Positions 27,600 to 36,826 of a DNA stretch of 52,056 bases are shown here, piece by piece (the first letter of the stretch is position 1; the number at the start of each line of letters is the position of its first letter). Below the pieces are notes generated by a model that did no database searches, was not told the DNA's origin, and saw only the letters and a list, made by a program, of their open reading frames with translations. The translations under genes and the position numbers were made by a program. The stretch is from Acidimicrobiia bacterium. GTDB taxonomy: Bacteria; Actinomycetota; Acidimicrobiia; Spongiisociales; UBA5794. The stretch spans positions 1 to 52,056 of the forward strand of contig BTQG01000003.1 of assembly GCA_036985755.1 (NCBI GenBank), in the 5' to 3' direction.

Positions 27600-28955
27600 T
27601 TACAAGCTCTCGATCAGTTTCTCGACTCGCTCGTCGACTGCGCGGAATGGGTCCTTGCACAGCACGGTTCGCTGCGCCTGGTCGTTGAGCTTCAGATGCA
27701 CCCAGTCGACGGTGAAATCCCGCTTCTTCGCCTTGGCGGCCTTGATGAACGAGCCCCGTAGGCGTGCCCTCGTCGTCGCCGGCGGCGTCGTCGTGGCCTC
27801 ATCGACTTGCCCGTCGGTGACGACGCGCTCGGTCATCCCTCGTCGCTCCAACAAGTAGTACAACCCGCGGTCACGGTTCACGTCGTGGTAGGCGAGGTCG
27901 AGAAGCCCGAGACGAGCCGATGACATCGCCAAATCGTGGCGAGCCCGGTATTTCTCCATGATCTGGAGCTTCATCACCCAATCGACCTCGCGGCCGAGCG
28001 ACATCGGGTCTTTTTCGAGGCCGGTGAGCAGGTGCTCCCACATGCCGATAGCCTGCTCGACCTGGGCGGGGAAACCTGCGGTCCGCGAGTAGCGCATCAC
28101 TCGCTCCAGGTACTCCCACTGGATATCGAGTGCCGACAGCTCGCGCCCGTTGGCCAGCCGTACCAGGCGACGACACGACGGGTCATGGGAGATCTCCCTG
28201 ATGGCCCGGATCGGGTTCTCCAGGCTGAGGTCGCGGAACACGACCTCAGCCTCGAGCATCTGGAGCAACGCCGCAGTCGTACCGATCTTGACGAAGGTCG
28301 CATACTCGGACATGTTCGAATCTCCGGCGATGACGTGAAGCCGGCGGTAGCGTTCGGCGTCGGCATGGGGCTCGTCACGGGTGTTGATGATGGGTCGGCT
28401 CCTGGTCGTCGCCGACGAGATCCCCTCCCAGATGTGCTCGGCGCGCTGCGCCAGGGTGTAGACAGTGCCGCGTGCCGTTTGCAGCAATTTCCCCGCCCCC
28501 GAGTAGATCTGTCTGCTCACGAAGAAGGGAATCAGGGTGTCGATCGTGCGCTGGAAGTCACCGCGCCGCCCGACGAGGTAGTTCTCGTGACACCCGTACG
28601 AGTTGCCCGCGGAATCGGTGTTGTTCTTGAAGAGGTAGATCTCCCCGCGAATACCCTCTTCGACGAGCCGCTCTTCTGCAGCGCGGACCAGATCCTCCAG
28701 GATTCGCTCGCCGGCTTTGTCATGGGCGACGACATCGACGAGGGCGTCGCATTCGGGTGTGGCGTACTCCGGATGGCTCCCCACATCGAGGTACAACCTG
28801 GCCCCGTTCTCGAGAAAGACGTTCGACGACCTGCCCCAGGAGACGACGCGGCGGAACAGGTACCGCGCTACCTCGTCGGGCGACAGCCTGCGCTGTCCCC
28901 GCAGCGTGCAGGTCACGCCGTACTCGTTTTCGATGCCGAAAATTCGCCGTTCCAT
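27600..28955 (-). CDS. pafA: Pup--protein ligase PafA
   Basis: Track ORF 27600..29177 is trimmed to ATG 28955. [34 protein letters not shown] closely parallels the M. tuberculosis PafA N-terminus as I recall it. Length 451 aa, upstream of pafBC. Confidence 0.95.
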   Translation of the reverse strand: MERRIFGIENEYGVTCTLRGQRRLSPDEVARYLFRRVVSWGRSSNVFLENGARLYLDVGSHPEYATPECDALVDVVAHDKAGERILEDLVRAAEERLVEEGIRGEIYLFKNNTDSAGNSYGCHENYLVGRRGDFQRTIDTLIPFFVSRQIYSGAGKLLQTARGTVYTLAQRAEHIWEGISSATTRSRPIINTRDEPHADAERYRRLHVIAGDSNMSEYATFVKIGTTAALLQMLEAEVVFRDLSLENPIRAIREISHDPSCRRLVRLANGRELSALDIQWEYLERVMRYSRTAGFPAQVEQAIGMWEHLLTGLEKDPMSLGREVDWVMKLQIMEKYRARHDLAMSSARLGLLDLAYHDVNRDRGLYYLLERRGMTERVVTDGQVDEATTTPPATTRARLRGSFIKAAKAKKRDFTVDWVHLKLNDQAQRTVLCKDPFRAVDERVEKLIESL

Positions 28956-29003
28956 GTCTTCCAGCGTACCGTTGCTCGATGTATCGGCACCCGATCGGCT
29001 CCG

Positions 29004-29009
29004 TATAAT
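29004..29009 (+). promoter_or_regulatory. candidate -10 box (TATAAT) for a leaderless DUF2007 transcript
   Basis: A perfect TATAAT lies 7 nt before the A of ATG 29017, and there is no Shine-Dalgarno in between. No convincing -35 box was seen. Confidence 0.35.
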
Positions 29010-29016
29010 CACATCA

Positions 29017-29241
29017 ATGGGTGATAGAGAAGGGCCGTTCGTACCGCTGCTGACCGTCGGAGACCCCAATGAGGCGCAGATCACCGCGGCGCGTCTCCGC
29101 TCCGCCGGCATCGACGTACGGCTGCACGGAGAGAACTTTGGCCCGTACCCGATCAGCCTCGGTGAGTTCGCCGACACCGAGATCTGGGTGCGTGCGGATC
29201 AGGTCGATAGAGCAAGCGCGGTGATCACGCACACGGAGTGA
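29017..29241 (+). CDS. DUF2007-like small protein (74 aa), opposite strand to the proteasome genes
   Basis: The sequence is [74 protein letters not shown]. This fits the DUF2007 pattern (strand, then a helix ending in AGI, then a second half). GC3-rich codons support this frame over the antisense 72-aa ORF. Confidence 0.6.
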   Translation: MGDREGPFVPLLTVGDPNEAQITAARLRSAGIDVRLHGENFGPYPISLGEFADTEIWVRADQVDRASAVITHTE

Positions 29242-29251
29242 GCGACTCTCT

Positions 29252-29920
29252 CTACCCCGCGGTGGAGATCTCCTCGGGATTGAGCCTGCGGAACTTCCTC
29301 CGCCCGAGGTTTGCGTCCAACACCGCCGCTTCCCACGCCACGTCGGAAATGTCCTCCTCCGAGCCCTCGGCGATGGCGCTCACCGCCGTGCTCATCGCCG
29401 CCGCCAGCTCGAGGTCCGGCTCGTAGGTTTCTGCCATGCGTTCTCTGATCGCGTCCTCGGCACCGCCGATCACCGCAAAACCATGCTCGTCGCGAAGGGT
29501 GCCGTCGAAACGGACGTGATAGATATGGTTTTCTTTTCCGATCTCGGCAACGATGACCTCCACCTCGTACGGCTTGACCTCATGGGTGAAGATCTGGCCC
29601 ACCGTCTGCGAATAGGCGTTGGCGAGCCCCTTGCCCGTCACATCGGCCCTGGCGTAGGCGAATCCCTTCACGTCGGCGTAGCGGATGCCGGCAACGCGAA
29701 GCATCTCGAACTCGTTGAAGCGACCAACCGCGGCGAACGCCAGGTGATCGTAGATCTCTGCGATCTTGTGCAGCGATCGGCTGGGATTCTCCCCGATGAG
29801 AAGAATCCCTTTTTCGTACTCGATCACCACGATCGGTCTCCCCCGCTGAATCCCTTTCCTGGCGAACTCGGCCCGATCCTTGATCAGCTGCTCGGGTGGG
29901 ACGTAAAACGGTGCGGTCAC
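29252..29920 (-). CDS. prcA: 20S proteasome alpha subunit
   Basis: MTAPFYVPPEQLIKDRAEFARKGIQRGRPIVVIEY... in a 222-aa ORF. GTGA overlap with prcB. Confidence 0.95.
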   Translation of the reverse strand: MTAPFYVPPEQLIKDRAEFARKGIQRGRPIVVIEYEKGILLIGENPSRSLHKIAEIYDHLAFAAVGRFNEFEMLRVAGIRYADVKGFAYARADVTGKGLANAYSQTVGQIFTHEVKPYEVEVIVAEIGKENHIYHVRFDGTLRDEHGFAVIGGAEDAIRERMAETYEPDLELAAAMSTAVSAIAEGSEEDISDVAWEAAVLDANLGRRKFRRLNPEEISTAG

Positions 29921-30714
29921 GGCCGGTTCTCCAGCACATGATCGACGATGGGAGCGATCTCCTCATCCGGGACCTCGCGGTATCCGTCGGCGGTGACGGT
30001 CACGATGTTCGGGTAGATGCCACGCCTCGGATCGGGTCCGCCGGTCGCCGAGTCCTCCTCCGCCGCCGCTACCAGAGCCTCGATGGCGATGTGCAACGCC
30101 TCGGCCTCTCCGAGGTCGGGCCGCCACGCCCCCTTGAGGAACGCCTTTGCCTCAGGCCCGCCGGAGCCGGTGGTGGCGTAATCCTGTTCCTCGTAGCGCC
30201 CGCCCACCACGTCAAAGCTGTACAGCTTGCCTGTGCCATCGGCTTCGTCATATCCGCTCAACAGCGGCACGACCGCCAGGCCCTGGAAAGCGAGAGGGAG
30301 GTTGCCGCGCACCATCGTCGCCAGAAAGTTGGCTTTACCATCGAGGCTCAGGCGAACATCCTCGATCTTCTCGTAGTGTTCCAGCTCTGTTTGGAACAAC
30401 TTGGTCAACTCCACAGCCATGCCCGCAGTCCCCGAGATGGCGACGGCCGAGAACTCGTCTGCGCGGTAGACCTTCTTCACCCGCTGGTGAGCGATGATGT
30501 TGCCCGCGGTGGCTCGACGGTCACCGGCCATGGCCACCCCGTTCTGCCAAGTGAGCGCCAAGACCGTTGTCGCTTCCGGTGCTCCCAAGTCGGCGCCGTT
30601 TTCGATCGACCACTTCGGGCGTAGGCCGTTGTGTTCGAGCAGTGCCGAAAAGCTGGACTCCGGGACGATCTCACTCGCCGAAAGCGTGCCAGGCGAAGCA
30701 GGATCCCCGATCAC
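29917..30714 (-). CDS. prcB: 20S proteasome beta subunit (with propeptide)
   Basis: The propeptide ends ...GAPEA, and the mature N-terminal Thr follows in TTVLALTWQNGVAMAGDRRAT. GTGA overlap with the pup stop. Confidence 0.95.
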   Translation of the reverse strand: MIGDPASPGTLSASEIVPESSFSALLEHNGLRPKWSIENGADLGAPEATTVLALTWQNGVAMAGDRRATAGNIIAHQRVKKVYRADEFSAVAISGTAGMAVELTKLFQTELEHYEKIEDVRLSLDGKANFLATMVRGNLPLAFQGLAVVPLLSGYDEADGTGKLYSFDVVGGRYEEQDYATTGSGGPEAKAFLKGAWRPDLGEAEALHIAIEALVAAAEEDSATGGPDPRRGIYPNIVTVTADGYREVPDEEIAPIVDHVLENRP

Positions 30715-30911
30715 TGTCCGCCCTTCTGCACGTAGTTCTTCACGAATTCCTCGGCGTTCTCCTCGAGGACCGTGTCGATCTCGTCCAGCAGGTCGTCGAT
30801 CCGGTCGGTGAGTTCCTCTGCGGCCTCGGTCGTCGTGCTTTCGACGTCTTCGGTGGCCTGTGTCTCTTCCGCTCGATCCGATTTTCGCTGTGGTCGTTCT
30901 TGCTCAGCCAT
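30711..30911 (-). CDS. pup: prokaryotic ubiquitin-like protein Pup
   Basis: The sequence is MAEQERPQRK...ELTDRIDDLLDEIDTVLEENAEEFVKNYVQKGGQ, with the diagnostic C-terminal GGQ. GGAGG lies 5 nt upstream of ATG 30911. Alternative starts are ATG 30914 and GTG 30929. Confidence 0.92.
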   Translation of the reverse strand: MAEQERPQRKSDRAEETQATEDVESTTTEAAEELTDRIDDLLDEIDTVLEENAEEFVKNYVQKGGQ

Positions 30912-32382
30912 CATCGCCTCCGAGGGCACTCAACAATGCCGCCGCGTCCTCGGAAGCGTCGAGCAGCTCCCCTACGTGATCTTCCGTTCCGCGCAGCGGT
31001 TCCATCATAGGAACCCGCTTGAGTGTTTCTTCCCCTATGTCAAAGACCAGCGAATCCCAATTGGCGGCGACCACCGCTCCCGGGTATCGAGCCATGCACT
31101 GGCCACGGAAGTAGGCGCGGGTGTCCCGTGGCGGCTCGATGACGGCCCGCTCGATGTCGTCATCGGTGAACAGCCGACTCACCCGTTGCCTGGCAGCAAG
31201 GCGTCCGTAGAGGCCTCGCTCGGGGTCGACGTCGTGGTATTGCAGGTCCAGCAAGCGCAGCTTCGGGTGGTCCCAGGCCAGCCCATCGCGTTCCCGATAC
31301 GCCTCGAGAATGCGCTGCTTCGCGGTCCAATCGATACGGTCGGCGGTAGTCGCCGGATCCCTTTCCAGATCGGTGAGGATCAATTCCCACTGCGACAGCA
31401 CGTCCTCGTATACCGCATCGAGCTCCACCGACCTGGCGTATTTGGTCAACCACTCGAAGTACTGCCACTGGATGTCCAGGGCGGTCATCGACCCGCTGGC
31501 AGTCCCAAAGTCGCGTTCGAGTTTCGGATCGTGGCTCACCCCCCACACCGCCTCGACCGGATCGGCAAGGTCGATCGGCTCGGGTAGGGCGCCGTCTTCG
31601 ATGGCGTTCAGCACGAGTGCCGCAGTGCCCACCTTGAGGTAGGTCTGTACCTCGTTCATGGTGGCGTCACCGATGATCACATGGAGGCGCCGGTATCGTG
31701 ACGGGTCTGCGTGCGGCTCGTCTCTGGTGTTGATGATCGGTCGCTTCAAGGTCGTCTCCAGGCCGACCTGCTCTTCGAAGAAATCGGCACGCTGGCTGAT
31801 CTGGAAGTCGACCTCCGGTCGACCATTCTCCGACCCGACCTTGCCCGATCCGGTGAATATCTGTCTGCTGACGAGGAACGGCGTCAGATGGGATACGACG
31901 TCACCAAACGGCAGGTCACGGGCGATCAGATAGTTCTCGTGCGCTCCATACGAGTTGCCCTTCCCATCGCTGTTGTTCTTGTGCACCACGAGGCGTTCGC
32001 CTTCGCTGAGGAGGGCGCCGGCGGCGGAGACTGCCTTCGCCATGATGACCTCACCCGCCTTGTCGTACAACGCGGCCGCCAGCGGATCAGCGCACTCTGG
32101 CGTGGAGTACTCGGGGTGGGCGTGGTCGACGTAAAGCCTTGCTCCGTTGGTGAGGACCGAATTGACCAGCCCAGCCTCCATGTCGATTCCTGGGCCATCC
32201 TCGACGCCGAAACCTCGGATGTCCCTGCCCGGCGATTCTTCGTCGAACGACCATTGGATTTTGGCCCCGCGGGTGTAGGCGTTGATGAGCGCGGAAGATG
32301 CATGGACCGGGTTGAAGTCGGCCTTGTGGAGAACCGTTATCCCGAACTCTGTCTCGGTCCCGATGACCTTAGGGAGCGCCAT
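30904..32382 (-). CDS. dop: Pup deamidase/depupylase Dop
   Basis: A PafA paralogue (MALPKVIGTETEFGITV..., 492 aa) immediately upstream of pup. Pup ending in GGQ requires deamidation, which is consistent with this call. Confidence 0.94.
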   Translation of the reverse strand: MALPKVIGTETEFGITVLHKADFNPVHASSALINAYTRGAKIQWSFDEESPGRDIRGFGVEDGPGIDMEAGLVNSVLTNGARLYVDHAHPEYSTPECADPLAAALYDKAGEVIMAKAVSAAGALLSEGERLVVHKNNSDGKGNSYGAHENYLIARDLPFGDVVSHLTPFLVSRQIFTGSGKVGSENGRPEVDFQISQRADFFEEQVGLETTLKRPIINTRDEPHADPSRYRRLHVIIGDATMNEVQTYLKVGTAALVLNAIEDGALPEPIDLADPVEAVWGVSHDPKLERDFGTASGSMTALDIQWQYFEWLTKYARSVELDAVYEDVLSQWELILTDLERDPATTADRIDWTAKQRILEAYRERDGLAWDHPKLRLLDLQYHDVDPERGLYGRLAARQRVSRLFTDDDIERAVIEPPRDTRAYFRGQCMARYPGAVVAANWDSLVFDIGEETLKRVPMMEPLRGTEDHVGELLDASEDAAALLSALGGDDG

Positions 32383-32388
32383 GTGCCG

Positions 32389-34104
32389 TCAAAGATACTG
32401 GCCGGGCGTGACGGCCTCGACGGCCCTGTTGTCACGGTCTCCCTCGATGAGGGTGCGCACGTACGCGATGCGCTGGCCCTTCTTGCCCGAGATCTTGGCC
32501 CAGTCATCAGGATTGGTGGTGTTGGGTAGATCTTCGTGCTCGCGGAACTCCTGCCGGACCGCGTTAACGACATCGCTGGTCCTCAGGCCAGAGGCATCGC
32601 CCGCGATCTCACGTTTGATCGCATCCTTCTTGGCTCGCCTGACGATGTTCTCGATCATCGCTCCCGAGGCGAAGTCCTTGAAATACAACACCTCACGATC
32701 GCCGTTCGCATAGGTGACCTCGAGGAACCGATTGTCCTCGCCCTCCTCGTACATCTTTTCCACCACGACCTCGACGAGGTGATCGATCATCGAAGCCGTG
32801 TCGCCACCGTAGCGTTTGAGTTCCTTACGGTCGTAGGGGAGGTTGGGAGTGAGATAGATCCGGAAAATCTCGCGGGCGGCATCGCGACCGGGGCGCTGAA
32901 TCTTGATCTTCACGTCGAGCCTGCCCGGTCGTAGAATTGCCGGATCGATGAGATCCTCCCGGTTGGAGGCGCCGATCACGATCACGTTCTTCAGCGCTTC
33001 GACACCATCGAGCTCCGACAGCAGCTGGGGCACGATGGTCGACTCGACGTCGGAGGACACGCCGGTTCCCCTGGTCCTGAACAGGGAGTCCATCTCGTCG
33101 AAGAACACGATGACCGGCACGCCCTCGTCCGACTTCTCCTTGGCTCGCTGGAAGATCAGCCGGATCTGGCGTTCTGTCTCACCGACGTATTTGTTCAGCA
33201 GCTCCGGGCCCTTGATGTTGAGGAAGTATGACCGCGTATCCTCGCTGCCTTCCTTGGCGGCGACGGCTTTGGCAAGGCTGTTGGCGACGGCCTTGGCGAT
33301 CAGCGTCTTTCCGCATCCGGGCGGGCCGTACAGGAGCACACCTTTCGGTGCGGCCAGGTCGTAGGCGGCGAACCGTTCCTTGTGGAGGTAGGGCAGTTCG
33401 ATGGCGTCCTGGATGATCTCGATCTGCTCGACGAGACCACCGATGTCTCGATAGGTGATGTCGGGAATCTCCTCCAGGATCAGCTCCTCGACTTGAGGGC
33501 GGATCAACTTCTCGAAAACAAGTCCGGTCACCGGGTCCATGCGGGCGTGATCGCCGGGACGCAAGAAGGTGCCTTGGATGGACTCTGCTCGCTCGACCAC
33601 CCGCTCCTCATCGGCTCTGCCCAACACGATGAGACGCTCGTCCTGGAGGACCTCCTTGATGGTCACCACCTCGCCGCGCTGCCCGTAGGTCCTGACATCG
33701 ACCACGTTGAAGGCCTCGTTCAGGATCACTTCCTGGCCGATGCCGAGCGCCTTGATCTCGACCGTAGGCTCGACGTTCACCCGCAGCTTCCTGCCGTTGG
33801 CATTGACGTCGATCGTGCCGTCCTCGTTGACCCGCAGCACGGTGCCGAACGGATTCGGCGGTGCGGTGAGCTTCTCGACTTCTTCCCTGAGCAGTGCCAG
33901 CTGCTCGCGAGTCTCCTGGAGAGCGGCGCTGAGCTTTTCGTTCTGGCCGGCGGCCTGGGCCATTTTGCCGCGGGCTTCGAGCACGCGCTCTTCGAGCATC
34001 CGCACCCGGCGCGGTGCGTCGTGAAGGCGACTTCTGAGGACGTCGATCTCGTCCTCGAGCATGCGAATCGTCGCCTCGAGCTGTTCAGTGTCCTGCCGGC
34101 TCAC
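32389..34104 (-). CDS. mpa: proteasome-associated AAA+ ATPase Mpa/ARC
   Basis: The N-terminal coiled coil is [19 protein letters not shown]. The AAA+ module has GPPGCGKT and VIVFFDEMD. The C-terminal GQYL is the proteasome-docking motif. The GTG start has GAGGAGG 9 nt upstream. Confidence 0.95.
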   Translation of the reverse strand: MSRQDTEQLEATIRMLEDEIDVLRSRLHDAPRRVRMLEERVLEARGKMAQAAGQNEKLSAALQETREQLALLREEVEKLTAPPNPFGTVLRVNEDGTIDVNANGRKLRVNVEPTVEIKALGIGQEVILNEAFNVVDVRTYGQRGEVVTIKEVLQDERLIVLGRADEERVVERAESIQGTFLRPGDHARMDPVTGLVFEKLIRPQVEELILEEIPDITYRDIGGLVEQIEIIQDAIELPYLHKERFAAYDLAAPKGVLLYGPPGCGKTLIAKAVANSLAKAVAAKEGSEDTRSYFLNIKGPELLNKYVGETERQIRLIFQRAKEKSDEGVPVIVFFDEMDSLFRTRGTGVSSDVESTIVPQLLSELDGVEALKNVIVIGASNREDLIDPAILRPGRLDVKIKIQRPGRDAAREIFRIYLTPNLPYDRKELKRYGGDTASMIDHLVEVVVEKMYEEGEDNRFLEVTYANGDREVLYFKDFASGAMIENIVRRAKKDAIKREIAGDASGLRTSDVVNAVRQEFREHEDLPNTTNPDDWAKISGKKGQRIAYVRTLIEGDRDNRAVEAVTPGQYL

Positions 34105-34295
34105 TGTCCGCTACCTCCTCAGCGGGGTCGACGGCTCCGCCGCCCCCGTTTTCGAGTGTAGGCCATACTGTGATTTCGGCGTACGTATCAGAACCCTGAG
34201 CGGAACTGCTTGGGCCGGTGAAATTTGCGGGTGCGAAAGAGCGTGTTGCGCACTTCGCATCACGTATCACAACGACCGCCAAGCCCACCGCGGCT

Positions 34296-34326
34296 CGTGA
34301 TACGTTGTACGTAATACGTTGTACGC
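34296..34326. repeat. TACGT-family heptamer array, copy B (contains the 22-mer)
   Basis: cgtgatacgttgtacgtaatacgttgtacgc parses as successive NNTACGT heptamers in a 7-nt register (c|gtgatac|gttgtac|gtaatac|gttgtac|gc). Related blocks are gcatcacgtatcac at 34257..34270 and gtacgtatca at 34181..34190. Confidence 0.9.
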
Positions 34327-34346
34327 ATTGGGTTGAGGCATCGGGC

Positions 34347-34448
34347 TCAGCCCAATGCCGGCACAATGGCCACTGCCAGCGACAGCACCATCATCAACAC
34401 GATCACCCAGATGAGCACTTTCACCATCGTGTCACGGTTGCGGAACAT
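34347..34448 (-). CDS. tiny membrane protein (33 aa), last gene of the small-membrane-protein operon
   Basis: Not in the ORF track (under 60 aa). My translation is MFRNRDTMVKVLIWVIVLMMVLSLAVAIVPALG. Its ATG overlaps the upstream TGA (TGATG). The stop lies inside a GCATTGGG...CCCAATGC hairpin (34325..34358). Confidence 0.3.
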   Translation of the reverse strand: MFRNRDTMVKVLIWVIVLMMVLSLAVAIVPALG

Positions 34449-34729
34449 CAGGACCCCGGTGCCGGAATCTCAAATTCGCCGACCACAGCACCGCGCTTGC
34501 TCACCCTGATGCCGATGGACCGGCCGGCTTCGATATCGGCTGAATAGATCAGGCGCCGCCGCGGCCCGCGGCGGCGACTCATCCCCGCTACCAACATGGC
34601 CAAACCGGCGGCTGTCCGAATGTTGTCTCCCCGCCTCGAGCCCTCGACCATGGTGTCAAAGCCGAGCTGGGCCCACGGGTGGAAGCGCTTCGCCCACCAG
34701 CGATCGACCAGAGCGAGCATCAGTTTCAT
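34448..34729 (-). CDS. hypothetical protein (93 aa)
   Basis: The sequence is MKLMLALVDRWWAKRFHPWAQLGF...AAGLAMLVAGMSRRRGPRRRL...IGIRVSKRGAVVGEFEI. ATGA overlap with the upstream gene. No family recognised. Confidence 0.5.
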   Translation of the reverse strand: MKLMLALVDRWWAKRFHPWAQLGFDTMVEGSRRGDNIRTAAGLAMLVAGMSRRRGPRRRLIYSADIEAGRSIGIRVSKRGAVVGEFEIPAPGS

Positions 34730-34923
34730 TCGTGGGTGTAGACCTCAACCGTGATCTTCTGAGTACGGGATCGGTAGATCTTCCAGCCGACGAAGACTGC
34801 GGTCACCACGACCAGGCCGCCGATGACCCACCGCGATACACCCCTCGTGGCGGTGTCGACGACACCTTCGATCTCGCGGAGCTTCTCCTCGAGGTCATCG
34901 CGGGTGATGATGTTCTGTGTCAT
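34726..34923 (-). CDS. small single-TM protein (65 aa)
   Basis: Track ORF is trimmed to ATG 34923, which overlaps the Holin-X-like gene stop as ATGA. The sequence is MTQNIITRDDLEEKLREIEGVVDTATRGVSRWVIGGLVVVTAVFVGWKIY... Confidence 0.5.
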   Translation of the reverse strand: MTQNIITRDDLEEKLREIEGVVDTATRGVSRWVIGGLVVVTAVFVGWKIYRSRTQKITVEVYTHE

Positions 34924-35300
34924 CCGCCCTCCTCCGAGGGTTTTGGCCCAAGCTGGTAGAGCACCGTGGCGAGGGCGACAAGCGCGAGCACCGCAAGCAA
35001 ATATCCCAACGCTTCCCAATACGGGCTGTCGGGCAGGGCATCGACGAGCGCCCGCATCCCAGCCACTGCCAGCAGAATGATGGCGAACCCCCAGGCGAGA
35101 GCCGCCCCGAGGGAGAACCCGCCGAGCCTGCGCAGCTCCGCTGCCCGCTCGACCGTCTCCTGGCGCAGATACGCGGTGGCCAGCTCCTTGAACTCGGTGA
35201 TCATGGCCGGCAGTTGTTGAAGGCTCATACTCTTCCGGTGGAAACGGAGACGCCAGCGTAGCCGACCAGGCGGGGATTCAGGTCCGGTTGCCAAGGACAT
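34920..35300 (-). CDS. phage-holin-family / Holin-X (DUF1469, YqjE-like) membrane protein
   Basis: An amphipathic N-terminal part (ITEFKELATAYLRQETVERAAELRRLGG) is followed by two TM helices (FSLGAALAWGFAIILLAVAG; ALGYLLAVLALVALATVLY). Possible starts are ATG 35300, 35228 and 35204. Confidence 0.6.
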   Translation of the reverse strand: MSLATGPESPPGRLRWRLRFHRKSMSLQQLPAMITEFKELATAYLRQETVERAAELRRLGGFSLGAALAWGFAIILLAVAGMRALVDALPDSPYWEALGYLLAVLALVALATVLYQLGPKPSEEGG

Positions 35301-35357
35301 GTGGAGTGCCCACAGGGAACCTGCGCAGCGGTGACCCGCAGATCCCGCATCACCCTG

Positions 35358-35480
35358 CTAGAAGCGCCGCCTGCGAGCGGCACGCATGCCCCGGCGGCCG
35401 CGAATGAGCCATCCGACCGCAAACCCGAAGACGGTGGCGATCAGGATCCACAATACGATCTGGGAGCCGACGTAGAGCAA
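35358..35480 (-). CDS. tiny membrane protein (40 aa)
   Basis: Not in the ORF track. A TTG at 35480 lies directly after the OmpA-like gene's TAG. My translation is (M)LYVGSQIVLWILIATVFGFAVGWLIRGRRGMRAARRRRF. Confidence 0.3.
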   Translation of the reverse strand: MLYVGSQIVLWILIATVFGFAVGWLIRGRRGMRAARRRRF

Positions 35481-36728
35481 CTACCCCTCCTGCGGGATGA
35501 ACTCGATCCTACGGTTCTGTTCCGGCGTTGCCGTCGGTGACACCGGTTGCGTGTCACCATACCCAACAACGATGAACCGGTCGGGAGACTCCCCCAGGCC
35601 TACGAAGTAGTCGAGAACCGCCTGGGCGCGCCGCTCCGAGAGCTCGAGATTGTGCTCGGCGGTGCCGGAGGCATCGGCATGGCCTGCGATCTCGACGGCG
35701 ACATATGGCAGCTCCCGCAGTGACAACAGGATCTCGTCGAGCAGCGTCTTGCCTTCCTCTGTGAGGTCGGCGCGATTCAGCTCGAACTCGACGACCTTGT
35801 CGCCGATGAGCTCGGTGAGCGTTTGGGTGAGCTCGTCGACCTCCTCTGCGGTAGCGACCCGGACTTCGGGGGGCAGAATGAGCCCAGGGGTGATCTGGAA
35901 GCCGTTCGCTTCCAGGGCAAACGTGGCCGCCTCGCCGGCGTCGGTGATGTCTCGTTTCTGCTGGCGGGTCTCGACCTCACCCGAGGTGATCACCACCTTC
36001 CCAGAAGGGTTGATGATGAGCGACCCTTCGTCGAGGCCGGTGGCGAGCGAACGGAGCAGCGCCATCGCATTACCGATCCAGTCGGTCTCGTCCGCCAGGC
36101 CCTCGATGTCCGCGAGATCTTCCATCACGACAACATCGGAGACGTCGATCGACCCGAACAGCGCCTGTTCCCCTGCATCGACGAACCCTGCCGGCTCCGT
36201 CTCGATGTAGTCTCGGATGGTGTCGGTCGAGACGTCACCGATGATGGTGAGGGCGCCACCGACCCAGGCAAAGGTCATCACCCTGCCGGTGACGGCGACT
36301 TGCTCGATCTCCGACACCTCGACGACGTACAGTGCGGATGCGTCGATCTTGCCAACCCCGTTGACCGCGGCGACCGCAGCCGCGGCCTCTCCTCCCGACT
36401 GTGCTTGGTGGTAATAACCCTGCAGCGTGATGTCGAAACCGGTTACAGAAGCGGTGATGTCCTGAAAGCCGGCGATGCGGAGAGCCCGCTCGCTCCGCGC
36501 CTCGAGATCTCCTTCGATCGCTCTCGTCCCGAAGAAGGCTGCCGCCACCGCGATGAGGAGGAAGATCATCACGGTCCCGGCAATAAAGGCAAACTTGGAG
36601 ACGACCTGATCGTCCACGCCGGGTGATCCGAACGAGGGCGGACCGTTCCCGGACCCACTTCCTGTAGTCCTTCCTCGATCCGTATTCAGCTGCTGGAGTC
36701 GTTTCGTCGCCGACCTCGACATCGACAT
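35481..36728 (-). CDS. OmpA-family protein with N-terminal TM anchor and BON-like repeats
   Basis: The C-terminal OmpA-like peptidoglycan-binding domain is VAVEIAGHADASGTAEHNLELSERRAQAVLDYF...VVGYGDTQPV. The TM helix is FAFIAGTVMIFLLIAVAAAFFG. Possible starts are ATG 36728 or 36722 (GGAGG upstream) and GTG 36770. Confidence 0.85.
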   Translation of the reverse strand: MSMSRSATKRLQQLNTDRGRTTGSGSGNGPPSFGSPGVDDQVVSKFAFIAGTVMIFLLIAVAAAFFGTRAIEGDLEARSERALRIAGFQDITASVTGFDITLQGYYHQAQSGGEAAAAVAAVNGVGKIDASALYVVEVSEIEQVAVTGRVMTFAWVGGALTIIGDVSTDTIRDYIETEPAGFVDAGEQALFGSIDVSDVVVMEDLADIEGLADETDWIGNAMALLRSLATGLDEGSLIINPSGKVVITSGEVETRQQKRDITDAGEAATFALEANGFQITPGLILPPEVRVATAEEVDELTQTLTELIGDKVVEFELNRADLTEEGKTLLDEILLSLRELPYVAVEIAGHADASGTAEHNLELSERRAQAVLDYFVGLGESPDRFIVVGYGDTQPVSPTATPEQNRRIEFIPQEG

Positions 36729-36826
36729 GCCTCCGAGGGTACTGCTCGCTTTTGGTATCGGCCGTGCCACGGCGTCGCCGTAGTCTCAACCGATGGGACG
36801 ATCGGTCGTTCTGTTGCGGTTCCCGC

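Noticed and set aside
27600-29177. Long 5' extensions of ORF-track entries (also 1091..2977, 4308..6425, 9508..10260, 19260..20411, 20068..20616 and 44870..46429)
   Set aside because: The extensions translate to Arg/Pro-rich junk and overlap neighbouring genes. Internal starts coincide with conserved family N-termini, Shine-Dalgarno sequences or 4-nt stop-start overlaps, so the trimmed coordinates were reported.
29014-29232. 72-aa minus-strand ORF between prcA and pafA
   Set aside because: The plus-strand frame over the same DNA gives a DUF2007-like sequence with GC3-rich codons and a TATAAT/ATG leaderless geometry. The minus-frame product ([19 protein letters not shown]...) matches nothing I recognise.
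34920-35300. Holin-family gene as part of a prophage lysis cassette
   Set aside because: No endolysin, terminase, capsid or integrase genes are present. DUF1469/Holin-X proteins such as E. coli YqjE are chromosomal membrane proteins. The neighbours are small membrane proteins and an OmpA-like protein.
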